Shown here one piece after another: positions 52,801-64,000 of a stretch of DNA of 64,000 nt (position 1 is the stretch's first letter; each line of letters begins with the position of its first letter). The stretch is from assembly GCA_964035545.1 (NCBI GenBank), contig OZ037768.1, positions 9,952,741 to 10,016,740 on the forward strand. Reading direction: 5' to 3'. Source of the DNA: Bugula neritina (Eukaryota; Animalia; Bryozoa). Made by a program: the position numbers and the translations under genes. The notes beneath the pieces were generated by a model, which saw only the letters and a program-made list of their open reading frames with translations, was not told the origin of the DNA and did no database searches.

Positions 52801-55800
52801 TACCTTACTGTAGTTCTCAGCTAGTTTCTCATCAATTAAGTTGACAAACAAAGCCTACCTCGTCTATTGATTCTCCTCAGGTTGACATACTGACATCAGA
52901 CGAAGGTGCTCTCAAGTGTTGTGCAGCCGACAACTTGCCTACATCACTGGGAGGATTGCAGGCATTTGATCCTCATTTCTATATTCGGTTTAATCAGGTT
53001 CGAATAACATATTTCACAACTTTGCATGACTTTTGTACATGATTTGTTGCTTGCAACAACTTATCATGAAAAAAACTCTTACATATTGGACTATATTAGT
53101 TATTTTGTGCTACAGGAATATGATCATCAAGTCAAGCAGTACATGGATAAGGTTGAAGATATGTCGATGTTGACTCACTCTTTAAGTACAGTACCAAGAG
53201 TTCTACAAGACTGCTCTGCTCTTATCTCACAGCATAACGCAGAATGTAAAGCTCACAGTCTCATGCAGGAGAACACAACTACTAATATCCCAAACTGTCT
53301 ATCTCTGGCTGACATGGAGCAGTTGCAAGTCCTGGGCTGCAGTCAGTCTACTAATAAAGTTAACCCGGTACCTACACCCAGACCTAACTTAGTCCATATG
53401 CTCCTACGCTGCTCTGAAACAGGGCAAACTCTCAACAACTTGCAGCTGTATACTGAAGGGACCAACGTATACAGGTGAGTTTATTGTTTGGGCTGTATGT
53501 GATGTAATACTTAATACTGTAATAGTGTATTAATGGATGTGCTTATACCTGTTAGAGATTCTTTACCATCTGGCACCATAACATTATCAGAGCACTCGAA
53601 AGTAATTGAACCTGCCTAGCATCTGAAATATGCATTTGAACAATATTTATATCAGAAAAATCAAATTCCATGAGTCCTATGAATATATGCAAAGTTAAGT
53701 GATGCCTTTTTAAAATTTTGTCTTCTTGTACTTTATAAAGTTCTTTCTTAATTTTACAGCTTATTCAACACTGTGTTAGTAAAAGGCTTTCTAACTCTTT
53801 AATAGAGGGTGTGCGTAGCAGACCTAACTAACAATACTGAGATAATCTGAAGTATAAGTATTTAAGTGTAGAGTCTAGAGAGTTTAGAGAGTTTAGAGTT
53901 GGCTTTTTCAAAAACTGACATATATTTGTTGTTGACATTAAGGTTTTTGGCAACATTTAATTTAACTATTTTACCATTTTGTTCTTGCTAAAATTACTCA
54001 AAGAGAACTAAAAGTATACTTAGCATATACTTATTATACTTAGCAGTTGAATAAAAATTATTGGCACTCAATATTGATGTAACAAAGTAATTATACAAAC
54101 TTTAATTACATATCATCAGACTGTTGAGTTTGTTATAGCTTAAACTCTAGTGCTTAATAGAAATTTTGTGTGTGAATTGTTGTCAACTTGTTGGACAAAC
54201 AGCTTCTCTCAATCACAATAACAAAACTAATGTCCTATCTTGGTTCAAAATATTTTTCATTTTGCAAAACCTATGAATAAAATGTCAGGCAAAATATAAT
54301 TAGTGGCAAAGAGCTAACATCTCTACAAAAATAAAGCAAGTTAAGCTTGTAAATTAGAGAAATATTTTCTGTCAACTATTCAAGAAGGAATAGCAAGTAC
54401 TTTTTAAAATTTTTATACAGGTAGTATACTAAATAATTATTAAAATTTTCCAAGACAATTCCGGCAACACTTTGCAAATTTGCACTCTAAAGATATTGTT
54501 GAACAATAAAATTTCCTAAATAATGTAATTCATTGAAATTTAAAGTTGTCATTTCTGTCCAACTTTTAAAAAGACACGTAATTTCAGTTGTGGTATGACA
54601 AACACAGTTGAATAATGTTGGGTTATCGCAGTCTTTCTAAGGATCGATCTCAGATCAATCTCAGTGAGATCGATCCATGGAAAGACGGTGAGTAATTTAT
54701 TTGTTTGTAGTTCCTTGATAGACAACTTGGACTCAATGACCGTGGTAGCTTCTAGTGTTGGCAGATTAAAGGCTTTAGCTGAAAACCGCCTAGCTAGACT
54801 TTACGGTTATGAATATCTATGGAAATATGTTGAGGAGATAACAAAGGTAGCATAACTCTATTGATTGATTGATTTATTTATTGCATATCACAAACATGAC
54901 AACACGTTGCGAAATTCAGTGAGAATACTGGCTATAATATAAGTAGGAATGAACAAAAATAAGAGAAAGAGTCAAAACTCTGTTGGATTATTTAAAATAG
55001 AAGCTCATTTAAAGTATTTACAAGATGACGCAAGAAGTTATCTCTGCCCCATGCCCTCTATATTTGCTGTATATAGCTTAATGTTCTTTTTACTTTTTGT
55101 TAGAGTTAATTTAAGTTCACTAGTTTATAAAAATTATATTAGTTTATTGATTTTTATAGAGACCTAGGCAATGCTAAAAATTTTGCTAAACATGCATTTA
55201 TGTTCAACTAACAATAAAATATAAAATTTACCTAACACTGGTGCTGTACTATTTTATCCCATGAGCATACTCTGGTATTATTTCGTTTTTATCTCTTCCT
55301 TAATATTGTTGTATTACCTAAGTTAACATGAGCCGATTCTTTGTAAAGTATTTCTAGCTCTTTATAATTCATATAATAATTCCATATACACAGGAGACCC
55401 TTAGGGGGTTGCCTGGCTTGTATCCTATGTTTGCAGTGGTTATTACCTTATTAGTGGTTAGGTCTTTCATCAAACATACTGATTTGTTTAATAAATTGGC
55501 TTATTTGTGCAAATTGAAGACTTTAGCTCAGTTGAAGAAAGCCCATGAATTAATTGAAAGACACCAAAAGGCTAGCTGTCACCTCAAGTCTGCCAGGCAT
55601 CAGAAAGAGAGCTTCGCAAAGTCTCAGCCATCAATAAATGTAAGTGGGAAAATGTTTTTCTCTTACTTTTTTTTCTAAATATTGAAAATATAATTGACTT
55701 AATCTATACACCACATATATATATGAAGTTAAATTAAGTTTTAATATAAAATATTCTTTAGCACTATTGACAGTATGACTCTATAAGCTGTCAACAGACA

Positions 55801-58800
55801 TTGTCTACTGGTGCAATTTATAAAAGAAGATCACCCTTTCATTCATCTTTTTCTTTGCACTTTCTGCACCCTAAAAAGGCTGCAGTTTAACTTTAAATCA
55901 ACATTTGTTTGGCTATTGCTCATTCATTAATTACCTTCATGTAGCAATTGTAGCAATTACATAGATGCATCTAGAGGTATTCACTAGCAAACACTTTTCA
56001 AAGGCAGTCCACTAGGCTGTTGTTAAACTAGCTGATTTTATTACAAAATTTATTCATATTTTCATTTATGATCCTTGAACTTTTGAAGGGGTTTTGTGCT
56101 AATTTATATGCATTTCTTAGCCTAAAATATGTAAATAACAGCAAATCACAGTTTCATTGAGCAGTTTGTTTTAATTATAATCTTCAATTATTTTAATAAG
56201 ATAAGATATAGATATACATAATATACATGGAAAATACAATCCAGGAAGTCATGCAGCTGTGACGCTGTGACCAGGCTTTAACAGAGTTTTTATGTAGCCA
56301 GTGTTTTTTATCTTGGAGACATTTTACTTTCTATCATAAATACTTTTCATATGAGATGAGAGATAGACTTGGGGTTTTTATTGAGTAGACAACTCTCATA
56401 AGAGCAATCTTGTTAACTATACTAATGGCTTTTAACTCATTGAAAATGCATTATGAGTTAATTGCAATACTTCAAATTAAAGAAGGATAATGTCCTTAAA
56501 AATTGTAAAATTGTTTTTTAATACTTTTCATCAAATTTATTTTGTTATCACCTGAATTTTTTTAGTAACTTAATCTTCAGTGCATTTCTTTGAAATTCAC
56601 ACATCAGAGTTGCAGTTGTCTTCTCTTCAATTATATTAGAGTCCTCTGCCATGTGTTTTCAATATACATGTAGAAGGTTGAAGAGGTCTGCACTCGCAAG
56701 GACTTCAACGCTATACAGCTGCTCAACTACAAACATTTCAATGTATGTGTAACTCAAGATGTTTTTCGATTTTCTTAATAACCGTAGTCATGGTGAAGTA
56801 GATAGCAAATACGTGAAACATGTTTCACAACATTAAATAAACATAATTTGCAAAAATTATTACAAGTTTGCAATATTTGCCCATCAAGCTTACATATTTG
56901 AAACATGGACATACCCATGTAGTTTATAAGCAAGGCATGTATATAAAGTATTGGCCGCTACTCGCTTGATTTAGTTCATTGGAATTGCTCATCTAAGTTC
57001 AGCTTATAGATAGGTAGCTGGTCTCCAACAATATCTTTAGCAAGTGTAAGTAGTGCTATTTAATATATTTGTTTGTAATAAACATTGTGATAAATTAAAG
57101 CTAATGTTTTTTTTACTTTATTTTGTGAAACTGATCTCAGATGCCAACTAATTATTTTTAGAATATTTGTACATCTTATCAAAAGTTATTGATCAGAGGT
57201 TATTTATAGATTGGCTCATTGCTGGTTCCAACTTTTCATATACAAAAATAAACTGTTTTTCCAATATCTATACTAGCTTGTATTCTATTTATTGACTGGA
57301 GTATTTACAAAGGATTACCGATCCGAAGCCCCCTGCCTAGTGGGGGTTTTGTTTTACTTCCACGAGCAGCTGTCTATAGAGGCAGCTGCCTACACACTGA
57401 CAAACAATGGCAACCTGTCCTCTTTATCTGTCTGAAGTTTGTATTCATTCACCTCATCCCCTCTTGTCTAGCTTATAGTTTGAAACTCTATCAATTAAAT
57501 AGCTTTTTCTGACCACAACACATTAAATGGTACATGCAAGTTTTGTTGCAATTATTTCATTATTCTACCTGTTTCCATTATTTTTGAGTTTAAGGGACTA
57601 GAGTAGTTAAGAAAATTGCACCCAAAAATTTGATTGGCTTGTTTTGCATATATTCCATAAAATAGTTGTAATTTTTGTTCTCACGACAGCCCTAACAACA
57701 TTGTAACAGTGTGTAGTTCTACAGGGCAGTTTCTCAGTTCAAACTAATTTACTTTATCATTTCTGTTACCAATAGGAAATCATTTAGATAAAAATATAGA
57801 TCTGATATCATTAGATAAGTTTATTCAGCTACAGCTAGAGCCATATGAAATTGAAGCTTGTGTCAATATTATAGAAACTGTTGAAACAAGGCAACGCATT
57901 GTTAAAAAAGGCGCACAAGTCGTTAACTGAATCGGAGTTGTCCATTACGTGGCTGGAGCAGCTGTGCACAAAGTTACAAGCAGACCTAGAATCTGTTTCG
58001 GCATCGGCAATCAAAACCTGCGATATTCTAAGGACTACTTATGACTGTTACTTCAAACTTGACCAGGTAAGTTTTATATGTAACTCCTATAATCTGTTCT
58101 GACTGTATTGGCTACTAGTTGTAATACCACATAACCTCCGTTTAACAGTGATTTAAGTTGCTTCATTTTTTTACAATACCTACGCAGTAAAATGCTATAC
58201 ATTATAATATGCTACACAGTGCAATACTATACATTGCACTATATTATTCAACACTATACATTATAGTAAGCTATTCTATAAATTAAATGTTCTGCAATGT
58301 TTAGATTTTCTTCGTAAGTCAAAATTATGCTTACATTCAACAATCACTTTGATTGAGTGGTGTAAGTTTGGCATTTTCATTTAAATATGACCCAGTGATT
58401 AGAGGTGCTGATCTACCACGGCCTGAATAGTATGCTAGGTTTCAGACCTCAACAGAGCTCTTGGTGAGCATCTGGTAATTATTGCTCTGGAGCCTCATTA
58501 AAGTCTTTGGGCCATATAGCTTGAGGCAAATCACATAGACCCGGTGGTTTAGAGGCAGTGCACATAGCCCCAAACTCTACCTAAAGAGTTTGGGGCTATG
58601 TGCAGAAATTGAATGTTCAAATTCATATAATAGTGTTTTTATTGAAATTATCTTGAAAAAACTGCATAAATTTAACATATCAATGCTCTCAAAATTTCAA
58701 GAACATGAAATACATACATATATATGAAACACATAATTCTAGCTTGCAGATTAGTGTGTATACCAGGAAAATGCTGCTATTGAAACTATTAACATTAGTT

Positions 58801-61800
58801 GCTAGCAGGGCTTTAGCAAATATTTTTGTCCCGACTACTTGATAGTCAAAGATACTTTTGATCTTTGCCTACCTCTGTGGTATTAATAGCAGCAAAGAGA
58901 TTGAATAGTTATATACTATATACACATAATAAAGCTGACAATAAGAGAGTTTAGCCCAATAGGCTGGTAAACATAGATGTTTGCAAAGTTGACATAAAGT
59001 ATTACTTTCACAGTTTCATTTCAGCACTAGTCTTGCTGACAAACATGCAGTCAACTGTACTGGACCACAGAGCAAGAGTCACTAGAAATACTGAACATAT
59101 TTTTTCTTTTATCTTGAGCTAACGACCCAGAATATTTTGTAACATATGCTTGTGTAATACATTACTTTTGTATCATCAGTAACTATTTTATAAAGTTAAA
59201 AGTTGTAGCCTTGTAACTAGTGACTAGCAAAACATTTCTGTCTTTCCCACTCAAAGGAGTTCAATTTTCATATTGACTATTTATTGGTTCTCTCACTGCT
59301 TCTCCAAGTGCAATCTAAATAATTGTTTGACTAAACATCAAGTTATTTTTTATACCTCAAAACCCTCGTTCTATTTATTTGTATCTAAATTTAGAGTTTC
59401 TTTAGAAAAGTCTATACTGTATGAGAGCAGGGTCCACTGTGGTGTACAGCGTATAAGTTACTGCAATGAAATATTTTCAAATCATATTCTGTAAACTGTA
59501 AAGGTTATCAAGATAAAAATCACATGTCTGACAAAGTTCAATGTTTTTGAAATTCAAAGAACACACTATAAGATTTTGGCATCTGGTTTCTGTATACAGT
59601 TTGTTTACATTTTTCCACTCTGCCTACATGCATCTCTGTTGAACTGGAGGGGGACTAGAGACTGCTAATTATGTGGGCATTGTAAATCTGATAACTATTG
59701 CTTACGCCAGGCTAATATAAAAACCTATTAATCAAAATTTTAAGTCTATCTCACCTATGCGTAGTGTGAGTTTCAAGCAAGGTAATTAGAGTAGAAAATT
59801 CATCCTGCACTCTTTGTTTTTTATAATTGCATGTAGATACCCAGCTAATCAGTTATTTTGACAAAGCGCTGTGATCTGTCTTGTGGTTTAACAAAAATAA
59901 TGAGTTAGTATATTGAGGACTAAATAGACAACGATTCAATTGTTTTATTGGCTATAAAACAGAAAGCCTTTTATGCTGTTGGCATTGTTCATCTGTCCGG
60001 CTTTAGTAGAAAATAGACTAATGCTCAGTGTGGTGGAGAAATAATACTCCTAGTTTACATTAACCAAGGGCTCTTTCATCTCTAAACTTAGATTATCTAT
60101 CTGCCGTTCCAACTACTCAGAGGTTTATTTATACAGTTTACATTTTCATGAATACTAGTAGAGCTGATCTATTCTGTAGCGGTTGTGCTTTTGTTGCTTA
60201 CTCAAAACATTCAACAACATTGGAAATTGGGTTTAGTAAAAATATTTGCTCAACTAGCACAACAAAAAGTTTTGTTTAATGCATGATCACTTTGTTGTCT
60301 CTTGGCAGAACTGTTGACTACATTGCTTGTTCATGCATCAGCAATAACTTCGTGTGATAACTGAAAGGAATTACTTCATAAGGCAGTGTAAGCAACAACA
60401 AAAGCTCATTCGTAATTTTGTTCACTTTTGATAGCATCGGTTACATGAATAACTTTGCTCTCTACAGTATAATAACAACTTTGACTGTAGAGAATAAACT
60501 TTTACAAATCTATTCATGTAATCATGCAATACTATTTGGTATTTTGTTTATGTAGCATTTATGCTAGTGAGAGAGGTGTTAATAAGATCCTATTAACATA
60601 GGTTTTCTTTTCATTAGAGCTGAACTTACAGCATTAGATGAAATGTCACAGCCTCTGTAAGTGCATAAATACAATCGTTTTAATTATCTTTGCTAACTAA
60701 TTTTTAGCTTAATTTCTCTTCTTCTAATGTGTACATATTGTAATAATTTTTAGGTATACAGTTGGGCTCTAACAGCTATGAAATACATCTCACAGAACTC
60801 TATGGATAATTACATGACCCCAGAAGCTTTGGAGCTACTGGCTACGGGATTGAAAAGTTTTATGGAGCAGAAGACGTTTATAGATGATGTCGTATTTGAT
60901 GAGATAAGCAAACAGGCTAGATTTCTATCAAATCGAAAATTAGCTGAACGGAATAAAATGGCAAAAAGAAGGTACAGTGAAACTAAAAGTTTGTTGAGGG
61001 CAAAACATTGTGTGGTGGATAAAAAACGATTGCAAATTGAAGAAGGTTCTGCAGATTTAGGTAGTTCTGAAAGTTTAGTGTCTGTGGAAAAGGACAGATT
61101 AGGACTGCATGCTGCTGATGTCCATCTTCACAGTTCTCAATCTGCTCCAGCTACTCCTGCTCTTGCATTGCGTGGATGCAATAATCATAAAGACTTGAAC
61201 CGCCGTTCACAGTCACTGGAAGATGAAGACCTACCTAATGCAGAAACCGAAGGAAGTGGTGATGTTGATATTGGAGTTTCTGCTGCTACAGGTGGTGCTG
61301 GTTTTGAAGATATTGCAAACTACAGCATTGGTTTAGAAAAAACACAGTTGGTGACAATAAACTCAGCAAAGCCTAAATCAAAATCTCTAGTGGTAAAAGA
61401 GTTAGCTGTAGGGCACGACAGTATAAGCATGTGTGAGAAAGTTGAGAACCAGGCATTGTTACCAGAAGCAGTGTCTCATGCAATGACAGATCACGCTGTA
61501 GGTGATCTTCATGAGGGTGATTTAAACAATACTATTGAGCATGTGGATGTAGATTCTTCAGGCAAGGAGAATGATACAGAGCATCTGAACACCTGTTTCA
61601 CCACATACAGGGGAGACAAGTTTATAGAGTCTCGGGATGTTATGATCCCTTTGGAGGAAGATATGAATTATTTAAACAATAATAATGTGATAATTCAGAG
61701 TCCTACTATTGAGAACGGTCACATCATATATGCTCCACTGAGTAAACCAGTTCCAGCAGAAAGGTCTGCAACTGAAATCCTACCCACTGCTGCGACTGGT

Positions 61801-63978
61801 ACCAACAATGAAATACTAAGACAAGCTAGTATTGACAGTTTAGCAAGTCCACAATGTTCTCCAACAGCTACATCTTTTTTATCTCCTCAAAATGTGGCAC
61901 CTAAAGATTTCTCTGCTTTAGACGCAACAAATTCAACATGCAAACTATCGCCAGTTTTATCTCTCAAACAGAAACAAAAAGCTATGCAGAAACGAAAATC
62001 ATTCCATGGTTTCACATCTTCCATATTAAATCTGGCTCGTGGTCTCAGAAGCACAGAGACATCTGCAAAAAGATGTTCTGTTGCAGAAGACAGTATAGAT
62101 GAGGAAGTTTCTACCTCACACGATGTTCAAACAGAATGCTCTCTCAAAGATAAGGAGGCCAGTCGGCTTCTGCAACTCAAGAGGGTGGATAAAACTGCTA
62201 GTCTAGTGACTGCTAGCTCAGACAGCTTACCAAGGTGATTACACAAACAATTTATCTGTTTTTTGCTAATTTGTTATAACAAGAAGAAAATAAAAGGTTG
62301 AGGTGTGGTTTGAACTTTTACATTGGTGTGGTGTGAGCTTTTATTTACTAAATTACAAGCCAACCTCAAAAATGAAGGCTTGCTGGAACAGTATGTTATT
62401 TGAGATCTGAATTTTAAGTTATCCAGTGTCATTATTTAACTGTTGCTTTAATATTATCTGATGTCCCATGGATATTCAGTGTTGACAGCAATGCCAGTTT
62501 ATTAAACCTAACCATTTTCACTAACTTTCCATTTGAAAACAAAATGTATGGTGTTGCATTATGTAATTTAAGATCATTATTCAACCAATAACAATGTTGC
62601 ATTTCTAAATAAGTTGAGTTAGTGTTGATGGTTTTTAAGAATAATGTAACATTGTTCTAACGTGAATAGATGAGTCACACATTGACATAATGTTTTAATA
62701 AAAATGGAAGTATCCATCGAAATGTCCCTATATTCATTTTTAGAAATGTAGTCTTTATCAAAAATTAGGCCCCTGCTAATAAAAGTGGGCAGTTGGCTTG
62801 CAAACAAATGCTTATCTATAAGAAGTAAAGCTATAAAGTTGATGAGAGGTTTTTTAGATTACCCTTTAACGCTGAAATTTACCGCAATGTCAACACGAAG
62901 CTCTATAAGAAGAGTTAATAGCAGCTAATCGCACTCTGAATAACCCTGAGAGCTTGTCATTCATAGAATTATATATTGACTCTGGCAGAGACCACTTCCT
63001 GTCACATGATGATAATAATACAGGACATGGGCCCTTTTTTACGATCACAAAATCTTTTTCTTAAATTTCTGGAAACATTTATAAGGATCTGTGCTTTTTT
63101 GATATCATTCAGTCAATTCAAAGAGCTTTTACACTACATAAATATATTTATGAAATTTTCATTTTGAGCTTATTTTGTAAAAGAATGTTCTTTGTTGTAA
63201 TAATAGCCTCCCTGAGGATGATATGGTGGGCATTGGAAATCTTCCTATGTATGTGAACACTGCTGCTTCAACCAAGACAGCTTCCCCAGTTCCAGTAAAC
63301 TCACATTTAATGAATCATCGGGTGCTGCCTACTCACCGCTGCACTTCAATGGCAGATTTGAGGCTAACAGAGACTGAGGTCAAAAGGCGAATTACACTGG
63401 CTCATGTGATGGATGAACTAGGTTGGCTTTTACAGTTCTCATTCTAACCAATGAGATTTCATTCTTAGAAATTAATATAGGACATTACTTGCTAAGCATC
63501 TTTGTGAAATCTAAGATTATTATTTTGAATTTGAATAATGTTTATATAATAAGTGGTGAAAGATGACATTCAATTTCCACCTTAACTAAATTTTATCAAG
63601 TGTCTAACATTGAAATTAATTCTAATTTGTGTTGATAATTATAATTTATAAAGTGTTTTCTGTATAATTAACCAATTAAGGTGATCAGCTTATAACAACA
63701 ATTTGTGAAACTATGGGGCACACCATTACAGCAGCGGTATTCTTTATATTTCCTTAGTTCAGACTGAGAGAGATTACGTAGCAGCTCTAAAACTGGTAGT
63801 AGAAAGCTACATCCCTGAACTAAACCGTGAAGATGTACCCCAGACATTACGAGGAAACAGAGCTGTCATATTTGGAAATATTGAAAAGTTATACGAATTT
63901 CACAGTCGATACTTCCTTAATGATCTAGTCAAGTGCGAAGATGAACCTTTTAAAATCAGTCATTGTTTTTCGAACCAT
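43809..63978 (+). CDS. PLEKHG4: PLEKHG4/puratrophin-1-like Rho guanine nucleotide exchange factor (SEC14-like, spectrin-like, DH domain; continues past window end)
   Basis: The DH domain is clear: LAHVMDEL|VQTERDYVAALKLVVESYIPELNREDVPQTLRGNRAVIFGNIEKLYEFHSRYFL (63207-63421, 63758-63978). SEC14-like exons: 46703-46817, 51346-51433 (CLIVDGR), 51731-51832, 52881-52997 (NLPTSLGG). Helical/spectrin-like exons: 53116-53474, 54711-54846, 55520-55639, 56674-56742, 57875-58066. Large exon 60754-62234 (VYSWALTAMKY). The first coding exon ends at 44169; the start codon is uncertain. Phases are consistent. Confidence 0.8.
48748..48922. mobile_element. Approximately 170-bp MITE family, copy 3
   Basis: Colinear with 8424-8591. 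TIR TAGGTGCAGCAATGGAGAAATTGAGA / TCTCAATTTCTCTGCTACTGCGCCTA. Confidence 0.85.
50183..50260. mobile_element. Approximately 170-bp MITE family, half copy (inverted)
   Basis: CATTTAGAAGCAGTAGTGGAGAAATTGAGATAGCCTAAG...AAATTTTGGTTTGGGGC matches 20438-20512. Confidence 0.75.
54627..54690. mobile_element. Palindromic mini-element, copy 2
   Basis: GTCTTTCTAAGGATCGATCTCA...TGAGATCGATCCATGGAAAGACGGTG, related to 31463-31512. Confidence 0.7.
58559..58604. repeat. Perfect 20-bp-stem hairpin
   Basis: TGCACATAGCCCCAAACTCT-ACCTAA-AGAGTTTGGGGCTATGTGCA. Confidence 0.9.
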
Positions 63979-64000
63979 GTAAGTACTAAGTAGATCAGTT

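Overview
AT-rich, intron-rich eukaryotic (metazoan invertebrate) genomic DNA. I hand-assembled four spliced genes from GT-AG junctions whose phases are consistent. (1) A secreted single-domain C-type lectin with a QPD motif (minus strand, about 604-3314). (2) A complete 17-coding-exon DPY19-family C-mannosyltransferase, DPY19L1-like (minus, 4532-14521, about 714 aa). (3) Divergent from it, an ITPRID/SSFA2(KRAP)/TESPA1-like gene with an IP3-receptor-binding motif (plus, about 21320-43475, about 1000 aa). (4) A PLEKHG4/puratrophin-like SEC14-spectrin-DH RhoGEF (plus, from about 43800 to beyond the window end). Introns hold many non-autonomous DNA transposons with clear TIRs and TSDs, long hairpins, a tRNA-derived SINE family and minisatellites. 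The most unusual spot is the junction of genes 3 and 4: the predicted stop-containing exon of gene 3 also carries a new ATG and a perfect splice donor pointing into the first RhoGEF exon, which has two overlapping open frames. This suggests a bicistronic, operon-like or chimeric unit. Also notable are a 10-copy tandem array of a splice donor and an inverted pair of 20-bp satellite arrays. All gene models are manual predictions without transcript evidence, and family assignments come from recalled motifs, not database searches.
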